64,000 nucleotides of DNA, from assembly GCA_025839675.1 (NCBI GenBank), contig CP104013.1, forward strand, positions 3,041,121-3,105,120, in the 5' to 3' direction. The notes beneath the pieces were generated by a model. The model had not been told where the DNA came from, did no database searches, and worked only from the letters and a program-made list of their open reading frames with translations. Below are positions 39,820-49,249 of this stretch, one piece after another; position 1 is the first letter of the stretch, and the number at the start of each line of letters is the position of its first letter. Both the position numbers and the translations under genes were made by a program. This DNA is from Candidatus Lokiarchaeum ossiferum (GTDB taxonomy: Archaea; Asgardarchaeota; Lokiarchaeia; Sigyniarchaeales; Promethearchaeaceae).

Positions 39820-40641
39820 ATGGAAAAATTGATCATAACCGCAGCGATAAGCGGTGCAGAAGTGATGAAGGAACATAACCCAGCGGTTCCATACACAATT
39901 GAAGAAATTGGAAGAGAAGCAGAATCAGCCTATAAAGCGGGAGCAAGTATCATTCATTTACATGTGCGAAATGATGATGGAACTCCTACCCAAGATAAAG
40001 CACGATTTCAAGCTTGTATGGAGGAAATTCGAAAACGTTGCTCAGATGTTATAATCCAACCTTCGACCGGTGGGGCAGTAGGAATGACCGATGATGAACG
40101 TTTACAACCGACAGAGTTATCTCCAGAAATGGCCACCCTCGATTGTGGAACCTGTAATTTTGGAGGGGATGATATTTTTGTCAATTCAGAAAACACCATT
40201 AAAAATTTCGCCATAAAGATAAAAGAACGCGGAATCAAACCCGAATGCGAATGTTTTGAAAAGGGACATATTGACATGGCCATTAAAATGCACAAGAAAG
40301 GATTGATTGATGCCCCAATGCACTTTAATATGGTGTTAGGAGTTTCAGGAGCAATGAGTGCCACCCCTCGAGATTTGACGTTTATGGTAGATAGTATTCC
40401 TTTGGGCTCAACCTTCACTGTATGCGCGATGGGGCGATATCAAATGCAAATGGCCGCAATTTCAATAGTACTCGGCGGACATGTTCGAGTGGGTTTTGAG
40501 GACAATGTCTATATTTCTCGAGGAGTGCTCGCCAAATCAAATGGAGAATTGGTGGAAAAAGCAGTTAGAATTGCAAAAGAGTTAGGGCGAGAAATTGCAA
40601 CTCCTGCCGAAACTCGAAAAATACTGGGATTAGTAAAGTAA
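39820..40641 (+). CDS. kce: 3-keto-5-aminohexanoate cleavage enzyme (BKACE/DUF849 TIM barrel)
   Basis: IITAAISGAE...IIHLHVRNDDG...PSTGGAVG...RVGFEDN with zinc ligands H-H-E conserved. Near-colinear with bacterial Kce as recalled. Confidence 0.8.
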   Translation: MEKLIITAAISGAEVMKEHNPAVPYTIEEIGREAESAYKAGASIIHLHVRNDDGTPTQDKARFQACMEEIRKRCSDVIIQPSTGGAVGMTDDERLQPTELSPEMATLDCGTCNFGGDDIFVNSENTIKNFAIKIKERGIKPECECFEKGHIDMAIKMHKKGLIDAPMHFNMVLGVSGAMSATPRDLTFMVDSIPLGSTFTVCAMGRYQMQMAAISIVLGGHVRVGFEDNVYISRGVLAKSNGELVEKAVRIAKELGREIATPAETRKILGLVK

Positions 40642-40647
40642 AAAAAA

Positions 40648-42297
40648 TTATAAGATTTCAATTTTTTGGCGATTTTTTGATGAATAAGACTTTTTCTTCT
40701 TATTCCCATTTCGATTCTTACGTCTTTTGGATTTAGCTAAATTAGTTGAACCACTCCGTTTTGGGGCTTCACTCACTTTTAAGGTAGAAGCTCGTTTAGG
40801 AGAAGAACTTCGTTTAGGAGCAACACTTACTTTTGGAGCATTTGAATTACTTGGAGGCGCCATTCCTTTTGGAGCATCATTCTTTTTGTAAGCATCAGAG
40901 CGTTTCGACCCATTATTTCGTTTTGGAGCTTCGCTTCGCTTAGGATTACCACTTCGTTGTGAAAAACTCTTTCTCTTTGGGAAATTAGAAGGAGAGGATT
41001 TATTACGTCTCTGTTTAGACCCATTTCGGTTTTTGCGGCGATCAGATTTTGCTTTGTTGGGGGATTTTTTCGTATCAGGAGTGGTAAACCATTCTGGGAC
41101 TTCAGGTTTTTCAATTTTAGGAAGCACTACTTTATTAGTTGGATCATCAACCGAACGACGTTCTATATCATACTTCAATAATTTTTCAATTTTGAACATT
41201 AACTCCCGTTGATTCATGGCAACAATAGACACGGCTTTTCCATTGTCAACATTTTTCTCAATACCTGCAGTTCGGGCAGTTCTTCCAATTCGATGAACAT
41301 AATCTTCTGGATCGCGAGGTAAATCATAGTTGAACACATGAGATACTTTTGGAAAATCCAAACCTCGGGCAAGGACATTAGTAGCAACTAAACAATTTAA
41401 TTTATGTTCCCGGAATTTAGCGACTGTTTCTTCACGCTTTGCCTGTGTTAAATCACCGTGAATAAAACCCGCTTTAAGATTAAAGTTAAGACCAAGCTCC
41501 GCATTCAATCTACGGCAAAGTTCTTGGGTTTTACGTTTAGTTTTAGTAAAGATTATGGAAAACTCAGGAAGTTCATTATTTAAGATTTTCACAAAATTCC
41601 AGAACTTATTTTTATCAACGTAATAAGCATATTGATCACAATTTTCGACAGTTAAGGAATCTTTACTCACATCAATTTCATGAACAGTATCATTTTTCGT
41701 AAATTTATAAATCAATTTTTTAATTTCTTCCAACAATGTGGCCGAAAATAGGAATAATCGAGGTGAGACATTACGCATGGCATCCAACAATAGAAAGCGG
41801 ATATCCGGGAAGAATCCCATATCAAGCATTCGATCTGCTTCATCCAACGCAACGAAGTTAACACATTTAAAATTCACTTCTCCTTGGCGGACTAAATCAA
41901 TTAACCGTCCAGGAGTGGCAACTAATACTTGGCCCCCATTTTTAATTTGCTCGATTTGGAGACGAATCGAAGCTCCGCCATACACTTCTACGATTTTGAC
42001 TTTTTTATACGTGGTGATGGAACGGAACACTGAGGCATTTTGTTTGCATAATTCCCGAGTAGGAACTAAGATGACTGCTTGGATATGACGATTTTTCAAA
42101 TCAATTTTTTCAATGATGGGGATCGCAAAGGCTAAAGTTTTCCCAGATCCTGTTTTTGCTTGACCTATAACATGGGATTTTCGTATAGAAAGCCCGTGGG
42201 GAATGCTTTTTTCTTGGATTTCGGTTGGAGAAGCAATGTGATTGTCTTCTAGCGCCCGAATAATTTTTGGACTAATGTCCATTTCTTTAAATAACAT
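40648..42297 (-). CDS. DEAD-box ATP-dependent RNA helicase with C-terminal basic low-complexity tail
   Basis: Q-motif, AKTGSGKT, PTRELC, DEAD (LDEADRML), SAT, HRIGRTAR. The C-terminal 170 aa is rich in K/R/S/N/P with APKR(S/N) repeats. Confidence 0.85.
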   Translation of the reverse strand: MLFKEMDISPKIIRALEDNHIASPTEIQEKSIPHGLSIRKSHVIGQAKTGSGKTLAFAIPIIEKIDLKNRHIQAVILVPTRELCKQNASVFRSITTYKKVKIVEVYGGASIRLQIEQIKNGGQVLVATPGRLIDLVRQGEVNFKCVNFVALDEADRMLDMGFFPDIRFLLLDAMRNVSPRLFLFSATLLEEIKKLIYKFTKNDTVHEIDVSKDSLTVENCDQYAYYVDKNKFWNFVKILNNELPEFSIIFTKTKRKTQELCRRLNAELGLNFNLKAGFIHGDLTQAKREETVAKFREHKLNCLVATNVLARGLDFPKVSHVFNYDLPRDPEDYVHRIGRTARTAGIEKNVDNGKAVSIVAMNQRELMFKIEKLLKYDIERRSVDDPTNKVVLPKIEKPEVPEWFTTPDTKKSPNKAKSDRRKNRNGSKQRRNKSSPSNFPKRKSFSQRSGNPKRSEAPKRNNGSKRSDAYKKNDAPKGMAPPSNSNAPKVSVAPKRSSSPKRASTLKVSEAPKRSGSTNLAKSKRRKNRNGNKKKKSYSSKNRQKIEIL

Positions 42298-42325
42298 TAA
42301 ATATACCTACTAAATTTACAAAAGG

Positions 42326-42375
42326 AATAAAAAAGCATTTTTTACACACACTGGAAATAAAAAAGCATTTTTTGG
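42326..42375. promoter_or_regulatory. pair of 18-20 bp direct repeats AATAAAAAAGCATTTTTT upstream of the DEAD-box helicase start
   Basis: Copies at 42326-42345 and 42356-42375 (30-bp period), each an A6-GC-T6 hairpin-capable element. Located between the CoA-transferase B stop and the helicase ATG. Confidence 0.3.
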
Positions 42376-42442
42376 TGCTTATGTAATTAATACAATTAAT
42401 TAAGCATTGAATAATTAGTTTGTTAAAAAAAAGGAAAGAGTT

Positions 42443-43126
42443 TTAAGCGGTGATGGGGGAACCATCATCCATTCGTTTAAGTTGGGGTGACACTTGATAA
42501 TCAGCTTCCGTATATTTACGAATTTCGTCCAGCGAAGAATCTTTCTGAATTTCTTTTAAAATCAAACCTTGGGGTGTTACTTCAAATAAACCAAATTCGG
42601 TAATGATTTTATCAACAACTTTAGCTCCAGTGAGCGGTAAAGAACATTTTTTCAAAATTTTTGGGGATCCTTTGGCTGTATGGAACATAGCAACAATAAC
42701 TTGCTTAGCCCCTGTCACGAGATCCATTGCCCCACCCATCCCCGGAATAAATTTTCCCGGAACGGCCCAATTTGCCAAATTTCCCTCTTGATCTACTTCA
42801 AAAGCGCCCAAAATGGTGGAATCCAAATGACCTCCACGAACTATTCCAAAGGAGGTTGGACTGTCAAAATAAGAACCATAATCTTCAATGGTGACATAAA
42901 CACCACCAGCATTAGTCAAGTCTTTATCAATAGCTTCTGAAGGAGCATCTGCACCCATCCCAACCAACCCATTTTCGGAATGGAAAATGACATTAACATC
43001 CTTAGATATAAATTGAGGGACCATCATGGGAACTCCAAAACCTAAATTGACGACTTGGCCATCCTTTAATTCTTTAGCTACACGCTTGGCAATAACAATG
43101 TTGGCTTCTTTTCTGTCGTTGATCAC
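42443..43126 (-). CDS. atoA: 3-oxoacid/acetate CoA-transferase subunit B
   Basis: SENGLVGMG catalytic-Glu motif; 227 aa; start overlaps subunit A stop. Confidence 0.8.
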   Translation of the reverse strand: MINDRKEANIVIAKRVAKELKDGQVVNLGFGVPMMVPQFISKDVNVIFHSENGLVGMGADAPSEAIDKDLTNAGGVYVTIEDYGSYFDSPTSFGIVRGGHLDSTILGAFEVDQEGNLANWAVPGKFIPGMGGAMDLVTGAKQVIVAMFHTAKGSPKILKKCSLPLTGAKVVDKIITEFGLFEVTPQGLILKEIQKDSSLDEIRKYTEADYQVSPQLKRMDDGSPITA

Positions 43127-43782
43127 TATGCAACAACTCCTTCTATGATATAATTAACAAAAATGCCTGGGGTATGAACAATATCTTTGTCAATTTCGCC
43201 GACTTTTACTAATTCTTGAGCTTCGCATATTGTGATATCAGCAGCCATTGCTACAGTAGGATTATAATTTCGGGTAGATTTGCTGTAAAAGACATTTCCG
43301 AACTCATCAACCTTGGTACCTTTGATAATTGCCAAATCGGCTCTCAATGGCGGTTCTAAAATGAATTCTTGTCCATCGACTGATATTTTTTGTTTACCTT
43401 CTTCAACAGGAGTACCAATTCCAGTTGGGGTTAAAATACCCCCTAAACCAAATCCTTGGGCTCGAATCTTTTCAATCAAAGTTCCCTGTGGATAAAATTC
43501 AACTTCCATAAGTCCTGCATTGAGGCATCGTTTAGATTCAGGATTGGTTCCAACGTGGGAACATATAACTTTTTTAATGATACCTTTGCCAACCAAGCGG
43601 CCAACACCGCGATCTGGAAAGGCAGTATCATTGACAATAATAGTAAGATCTTTTAATTTTAATTCCATAATAAGATCGATTAGTCGTTCAGGCGCTCCAC
43701 AGCCTAAAAATCCACCAACCATGATAGTCATACCATCTTTAAAGAGAGGCTTTATCGTTTCTAAATCAACAACTTTTTTCAT
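43126..43782 (-). CDS. atoD: 3-oxoacid/acetate CoA-transferase subunit A
   Basis: GMTIMVGGFLGCGAPE N-terminal motif of family I CoA-transferase alpha; 218 aa. Confidence 0.8.
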   Translation of the reverse strand: MKKVVDLETIKPLFKDGMTIMVGGFLGCGAPERLIDLIMELKLKDLTIIVNDTAFPDRGVGRLVGKGIIKKVICSHVGTNPESKRCLNAGLMEVEFYPQGTLIEKIRAQGFGLGGILTPTGIGTPVEEGKQKISVDGQEFILEPPLRADLAIIKGTKVDEFGNVFYSKSTRNYNPTVAMAADITICEAQELVKVGEIDKDIVHTPGIFVNYIIEGVVA

Positions 43783-44028
43783 AAGACACCACTTTAATTT
43801 TCTAAAATATAACGCTCCAATTTAAATGTGATTTCACTGTAGAATTGCGTAAACCGAAAATACATGCGGGAAATTGTTCCCAATTGATATAATAGAACAA
43901 AAAATTTGATATAAATGCAATATTTTACACAAAAATTAGAAGATGGTGATCAAAAATTGATAAATTCCTTTAGATAATTTCAAAAAATGATAATAAAAAA
44001 AAGAAGTAACTTAAAAAGATGAGATCTT

Positions 44029-44466
44029 TTACTTTTGAGGTTCAAATCCAACGTCCCATCGATATAAGGGATTGCCTTCTTTGTCAACACCGATTTCAGC
44101 TCTCAAAAATGTGACTTGAACAGCCATGTCAATTGTAATTTTATCTGGTTGAGTTTCATCAACCCCAATCAATTGTCCCGCCACACTGGGTCCTTCTTCC
44201 ATCTGACAGACAGCAAAGACGTAAGGTTTCTTCCGATTATAACCTTTATCCATCATAGCCTTGGACCCTACATATATCGAAGAGAAGGTTTTAAGTGCAC
44301 CTTTTCCCGATAATTCGATCCATTCAGCTTCCGATAAACATTCAGAGCAAAGTCTTCGGGGAGGTAAATCAATCTGATTGCAATGAGGACATTTTGAAGC
44401 CATCAACTTTTTTTCGGCAAGATATTTAAAATAATTGTTAACAGTGATCATATTTTCGTTTGACAT
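44029..44466 (-). CDS. DUF35 zinc-ribbon/OB-fold protein (thiolase-HMGCS scaffold)
   Basis: CPHCNQIDLPPRRLCSECL rubredoxin-like Zn ribbon followed by an OB fold. Immediately downstream of the thiolase. Confidence 0.7.
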   Translation of the reverse strand: MSNENMITVNNYFKYLAEKKLMASKCPHCNQIDLPPRRLCSECLSEAEWIELSGKGALKTFSSIYVGSKAMMDKGYNRKKPYVFAVCQMEEGPSVAGQLIGVDETQPDKITIDMAVQVTFLRAEIGVDKEGNPLYRWDVGFEPQK

Positions 44467-44478
44467 AATAAAACACTC

Positions 44479-45753
44479 CTATAGTTTCTCCTTAGTCATG
44501 ATGGTGACCGTGGCTGTAGCCCCTGATCCACCCAAATTTTGAGCAAGCCCTACTTTTAAATCACCTTGAACTTGCCGATTTCGTTCGGCTTTTCCTGCAA
44601 GTTGTTTATAGATTTCCACAATTTGAGAAGCCCCTGTTGCACCCACAGGATGACCTTTAGTTTTTAGGCCTCCACTAGTATTAATGGGCCGTTTTCCATC
44701 CCGCTTGGTTTCCCCATTTGCAATAGCTTTAACAGCTTCACCAGGTTTATAAAAACCAAGATCTTCAAGAGCAACTAATTCAGCAATGGTGAAACAATCA
44801 TGAACTTCAGCAATTTGGATATCTTCTGGTGTTAACCCAGCCATATCATACGCTTGTCGAGCTGCTTCTTTGGTAGCATCAAAAGTGGTCAATTTTCCAT
44901 CTTTGCGATCATGCAAACTGAGAGAAGCGCTTCCTTGTCCAATACCACTTACCCAAATCGGATGATCGGTGAATTTATAAGCTAGTTCTTCCGAAGCTAA
45001 AAATATAATGGCTGCTCCATCTGTCACTAAGCTACAATCAAAGAGACGTAAAGGAGAAGCAATCATGGGATTTTTGGATGATTCTAGAAACTCGTATTCA
45101 TCCTTCCAATTTGGAACAGGTTGGCCGCGTTTTTTCGCTTTTTCAATCGCTTTAGCCATAACTTCAGGAATGGTGCTTTGAACATGCGCAAACGGATTTT
45201 CCTTTCCATTTTCATAATTTTTTATTGCTATATTCATAAGATCTTTAGAAGTGGTTCCATATTTATGAAAATGTGCCGTGGCGACTGCAGCATAAAGTCC
45301 TGGAAAAGTGGCCCCTGCATAATATTCATAGGTTGTATCAGCAGCAGCAGCTAAGGCACTGGTCACCCCTGCCGTATTAAGCTCATTCATTTGTTCCACC
45401 CCTCCAACACAAACCACATCATTCATCCCTGAAGCAATACTCATTACAGCATGACGGAAAGCAATTCCACTACTGGCACAAGCCGCTTCAAACCGAGAAG
45501 ATGGTTTTGGAGAGAGTCCAATTAAATTTGCCATTAAAGGAGCTAGATGCCCTTGATGATTAAACAAATCAGCAGTAAAATTACCCAAAAAGAGCTCATC
45601 AATATCTTCAGGTTTAATTCCCTTATCAGTTAATTTAACCGCTTCTAACCATGCTTCCTGCCACATGTCTATCATACGCATTTTTGGATAATTAAACCCG
45701 AATTTTGACATTCCGGCTCCAACAATTGCAACTTTTCGTGCTAGTTTTCCCAT
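44479..45753 (-). CDS. acetyl-CoA C-acetyltransferase (archaeal SCP-x-type thiolase)
   Basis: Thiolase-fold Cys (FEAACASSGIAF) and C-terminal catalytic His/Cys region (EVHDCFT...GHPVGATG). Confidence 0.8.
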   Translation of the reverse strand: MGKLARKVAIVGAGMSKFGFNYPKMRMIDMWQEAWLEAVKLTDKGIKPEDIDELFLGNFTADLFNHQGHLAPLMANLIGLSPKPSSRFEAACASSGIAFRHAVMSIASGMNDVVCVGGVEQMNELNTAGVTSALAAAADTTYEYYAGATFPGLYAAVATAHFHKYGTTSKDLMNIAIKNYENGKENPFAHVQSTIPEVMAKAIEKAKKRGQPVPNWKDEYEFLESSKNPMIASPLRLFDCSLVTDGAAIIFLASEELAYKFTDHPIWVSGIGQGSASLSLHDRKDGKLTTFDATKEAARQAYDMAGLTPEDIQIAEVHDCFTIAELVALEDLGFYKPGEAVKAIANGETKRDGKRPINTSGGLKTKGHPVGATGASQIVEIYKQLAGKAERNRQVQGDLKVGLAQNLGGSGATATVTIMTKEKL

Positions 45754-45928
45754 ACAAATTTCACTTTTATAACCAAAATTGAATATTCTAAAGTAATTTT
45801 TTAGGTAAATTGAAAAAATTTGGTTCGAAAGCTAACTGATAATGACATAACCCACAGAAATCCGTTTAGAAGAAAAAGATGAGAGTCAATGAAATTGTGA
45901 TGAAGAACAAGAATAGAGAAAAAAGAAA

Positions 45929-46014
45929 TGGCGCGGCGGAAGGGATTTGAACCCTCGCGCCTCGAAAGGCACTGGATTAGCAGTCCAGCTTCGTAACCAC
46001 TTGAATACCGCCGC
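45929..46014 (-). tRNA. tRNA-Ser (anticodon GCU), long variable arm, CCA encoded
   Basis: Folded by hand from the reverse complement: acceptor GCGGCGG/CCGCCGC, anticodon stem CUGGA/UCCAG with loop CUGCUAA, long variable arm GCCUUUCGAGGC, T-arm GAGGG-UUCAAAU-CCCUU, discriminator G then CCA. Confidence 0.85.
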
Positions 46015-46142
46015 CTAGTTTCAGATAAAAATTTCTATTTTTTAAAATGCGGCAAATTAAAAAAAATTTTCGTTTTTTGAGTTTACCTAAGCAACTGTAC
46101 TATTTTTTTGAAGGGTAACTATAATTTTGGGCTACAAAAAAC

Positions 46143-46150
46143 TATATAAA
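46143..46150 (+). promoter_or_regulatory. TATA-box candidate for HMG-CoA synthase gene (leaderless-type spacing)
   Basis: TATATAAA about 26 nt upstream of the ATG at 46176; no SD. Confidence 0.25.
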
Positions 46151-46175
46151 ATAACCACTTCATAATATTATTAAT

Positions 46176-47798
46176 ATGATGTCTGATGGATTTTTCAAGA
46201 ATGTCGGTATTGATTCCATTGGCTTCTATACACCTCAATTTTATTTGGATCTTGATGATTTGGCAATAAATCGTAAGATAGATCCCAAAAAATTTCGCGA
46301 TGGGTTGCTTCTTCATGAAATGCGGATTCCAGACCCCAATGAAGATTGTGTTACTATGTCAGTTAAGGCGGCGCAAAATGCCTTAATTCGGGGACAAGTC
46401 GATCCAAAAACAATAGATGCTATATTCGTAGGAACGGAAACAATCACATATGCTGTGAAATCTGTTTCGAACATTTTAGCAGATATTTTGGGCGTATCGC
46501 CGAATTCAATAACCCAAGATATTTATAACGCTTGTGCTGGTGCAACTTTAGCAATTTTAAATGCTATTGCTATGATTGAAAATGGTATTATAAATAAAGC
46601 CCTTGTGATTGGAGTTGATATAAGTTCTTATGATATGCATTCTCCTGGAGAACCTACCCAAGGGGCTGGAGCAGTGGCATTAATTCTGACTAAAAATCCT
46701 CGTATCGCCGCCTTCAGTCATAAATTTGGAAAAGTTTCTGGAAATGTGAATGACTTTTATCGAGCAGCGGGACAAAAAAATGCTAAAGTATTTGGTAAAT
46801 ATTCCGTAGATTCTTATTTAAATTTTCAAATGGCAGCTTTTGATGATCTAAACAAACACATAGGGGAGATTCAAGCAGATTACTATGCATTCCATGCCCC
46901 CTTTTCAAAACTACCAGTCAAATTTGTTCAAAAATTAATTGTGGAACGGTCTCAACATTTTGTAAATTATATTCTCAATTCTAACCCAAAACCTCCCCGA
47001 TCTCGATTAACGAGCAAACTTCCTTCTATTCGTTACAGTCTGAAGCATTTTCCATCTCTTATTTCCAAAATTTTACTTCAGAATGGATATTCCCGCAGTG
47101 TTATCGATACTGTCCTTCAAAAAGCCTCACATTATCGAGAGCATTTCTTTCCACACTTGAATGTTCCCATGCATTTTGGCAATATGTATTCGGCCAGTGT
47201 CTGGGCACAAATTAATTATATTTTAGAAAATCATTCGCATTCAAATGATGTAATTTATTTCGGATCCTATGGATCAGGTGCAACTTGTATATCTGGTTTA
47301 CTCAAGGTTATGCCAAAATTCGATTCAGTCTTAAAAAACTATCCTAAAGTTGAGGATTACATCCAAAACAAAGTTAGACGAACTTATGAAGAGTATGAAT
47401 TAATTAAAATGGGAAGATTTCATACAACGCTTTCTTATGGCCAGATTATTCCTCATGAAATAAACAATAATCGTGGAATTGAACTTCATTATTGCGATGA
47501 AGGTTGTCTTATTGCATCCCATGAAGGATTAAATCGATGTCCACAAGGCCATTCTGGTAATCATAAGATATTTTATCCCCTTTACGCATTATTAACCACC
47601 GATCCTATAGAAAATTATGATTTTACTGACACTACACCCTTATTTCAAGGAAATGTTAGGATATTGGGAAAACCAAAAAAAGGAATGCTTTTGGAATATG
47701 ATATGCGTCGGGTTCAGATTAAAATCAAGGATCATGTCAATGCTGAAGGATTGTTAAACTGGGTTCCAACCTACGTGCCAAATTCGCATACTTATTAA
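46176..47798 (+). CDS. hydroxymethylglutaryl-CoA synthase, long (bacterial/eukaryotic-like) form
   Basis: Active-site Cys in YNACAGAT, GAGAVAL, GNMYSASV and SYGSGAT motifs colinear with eukaryotic/bacterial HMGCS. 540 aa with a Cys/His-rich C-terminal extension of about 150-190 aa. Confidence 0.8.
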   Translation: MMSDGFFKNVGIDSIGFYTPQFYLDLDDLAINRKIDPKKFRDGLLLHEMRIPDPNEDCVTMSVKAAQNALIRGQVDPKTIDAIFVGTETITYAVKSVSNILADILGVSPNSITQDIYNACAGATLAILNAIAMIENGIINKALVIGVDISSYDMHSPGEPTQGAGAVALILTKNPRIAAFSHKFGKVSGNVNDFYRAAGQKNAKVFGKYSVDSYLNFQMAAFDDLNKHIGEIQADYYAFHAPFSKLPVKFVQKLIVERSQHFVNYILNSNPKPPRSRLTSKLPSIRYSLKHFPSLISKILLQNGYSRSVIDTVLQKASHYREHFFPHLNVPMHFGNMYSASVWAQINYILENHSHSNDVIYFGSYGSGATCISGLLKVMPKFDSVLKNYPKVEDYIQNKVRRTYEEYELIKMGRFHTTLSYGQIIPHEINNNRGIELHYCDEGCLIASHEGLNRCPQGHSGNHKIFYPLYALLTTDPIENYDFTDTTPLFQGNVRILGKPKKGMLLEYDMRRVQIKIKDHVNAEGLLNWVPTYVPNSHTY

Positions 47799-47818
47799 AT
47801 AGAAACTCTAAATTCCCG

Positions 47819-47826
47819 TTTTTTTT
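47819..47826 (+). terminator. oligo-T terminator candidate after HMGCS
   Basis: 8-T run 20 nt past the stop. Confidence 0.3.
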
Positions 47827-47860
47827 ATAAAATATTTTCTTTAAAGTGGTAGAAAAAAGA

Positions 47861-49243
47861 TTACTTTAATTTTCGATGCAATTGAAGTTTTCTCTCAATT
47901 AATAACTGGGCTAAATCTTCAAAACCTTGTTTTTCCATAGCCGAAATTGCAAGAGAATCAATATTCGGAAAATGGGTATGAATCTTGGTCACCCGTTCCT
48001 TTATAGATTCGCCAGAAAGAAGGTCAGTTTTATTAAAAACAAAGATTTTGGGAATATCTGCGGCTCCAATTTGTTCAATAACTGCAAATGAAGATTCAAT
48101 TTTTAATAGAATGCGATCCCACTTTTCATCGGAGATATCAATGACAATCATAACTAAATCAGAAAATTGTAGTTCTTCCAAGGTAGAGAGAAAGGCATCA
48201 ATTAATAATCGAGACATATCACTAATGAACCCAACGGAATCTGTCAAAATCATTTCTTGTCCTTGCCATCGACCGTATTCATCAAACTTTGGAAAAGTAA
48301 CCTTTCTTGATGTAGTTGTGACTGTTGTGAATTCCTGATCAGCTGTTTCTAAGGACACTTTAGCTAGCTTGTTCACAAGGGTTGATTTACCCGCATTCGT
48401 ATAACCCACAACCCCCACATTGAAGAATTTATTTCGAGATTTTCGTCGAAGAGCCCTTCCTTGAGATATTTTGTTCAGCTCAAGCGAAATTTTATGCTTT
48501 TTTCCTCGGAAAGCTCGCATCCGAGGTTCCCAAGCTTTCATCCCTTTACCTTGTTGCCCTCTACCTTGTTTTTCCTGAAGATGGATACCCATTTCCTTCT
48601 TAATAATATTAGTTTGTAATGTCAGTCGGGCTAATTCAATTTGTAATTTCGATTCATGAGTCTGAGCATGATTTTCGAAGATTTCTAAGACGAGTTCATC
48701 ACGATCTATGGTTTTAACATCCCAAGCACCATGTAAATTAGTCAATTGGGCAAATCCAAGTCGATTATTAAAAATAATTGTCAGATCATGGCGATTTTTA
48801 AGGGTTTCTGGAAGGGTGAGATCGATTATTTCTTCTGGATTTTCAATAAATTCTTCTGATGTTGATGATGAATCAATACCTGTTTCCCAAATTTCATTAT
48901 CATTAATAATAGCTCCATCCGCATAATCAACGTTTGAGAAATCGGGATCTTCAATTGAAATTTCAGAATGCTTAGTTTTTTTTTGAGGATTGAAATGATC
49001 ATGAAGCACTTCTTTAATCAGTTTCACTTTTCCGCTACCCATAAAAAACCGAGGATTTTTCTTCCGCAAATTCTGAGTAATATAGGAATGAATCGAATAT
49101 CCTGCTGTTTTAACAAGTCCAAGCATCTCTTCTTTGTCGTATGGTTTAAAAGAAGGATGAAAAATTTGGATAACCACCGCCGATTTCAGATCTATCAGCG
49201 ATGGGTCCATTTTTAAATTTTGAGTGTGAGAATTTTTTATCAT
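47861..49243 (-). CDS. hflX: GTPase HflX
   Basis: HflX N-domain (FMGSGKVKLIKEV), coiled region, G-domain G1 GYTNAGKST, G3 DSVGF, G4 NKTD; about 60-aa acidic insertion. Confidence 0.8.
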   Translation of the reverse strand: MIKNSHTQNLKMDPSLIDLKSAVVIQIFHPSFKPYDKEEMLGLVKTAGYSIHSYITQNLRKKNPRFFMGSGKVKLIKEVLHDHFNPQKKTKHSEISIEDPDFSNVDYADGAIINDNEIWETGIDSSSTSEEFIENPEEIIDLTLPETLKNRHDLTIIFNNRLGFAQLTNLHGAWDVKTIDRDELVLEIFENHAQTHESKLQIELARLTLQTNIIKKEMGIHLQEKQGRGQQGKGMKAWEPRMRAFRGKKHKISLELNKISQGRALRRKSRNKFFNVGVVGYTNAGKSTLVNKLAKVSLETADQEFTTVTTTSRKVTFPKFDEYGRWQGQEMILTDSVGFISDMSRLLIDAFLSTLEELQFSDLVMIVIDISDEKWDRILLKIESSFAVIEQIGAADIPKIFVFNKTDLLSGESIKERVTKIHTHFPNIDSLAISAMEKQGFEDLAQLLIERKLQLHRKLK

Positions 49244-49249
49244 TAAATA

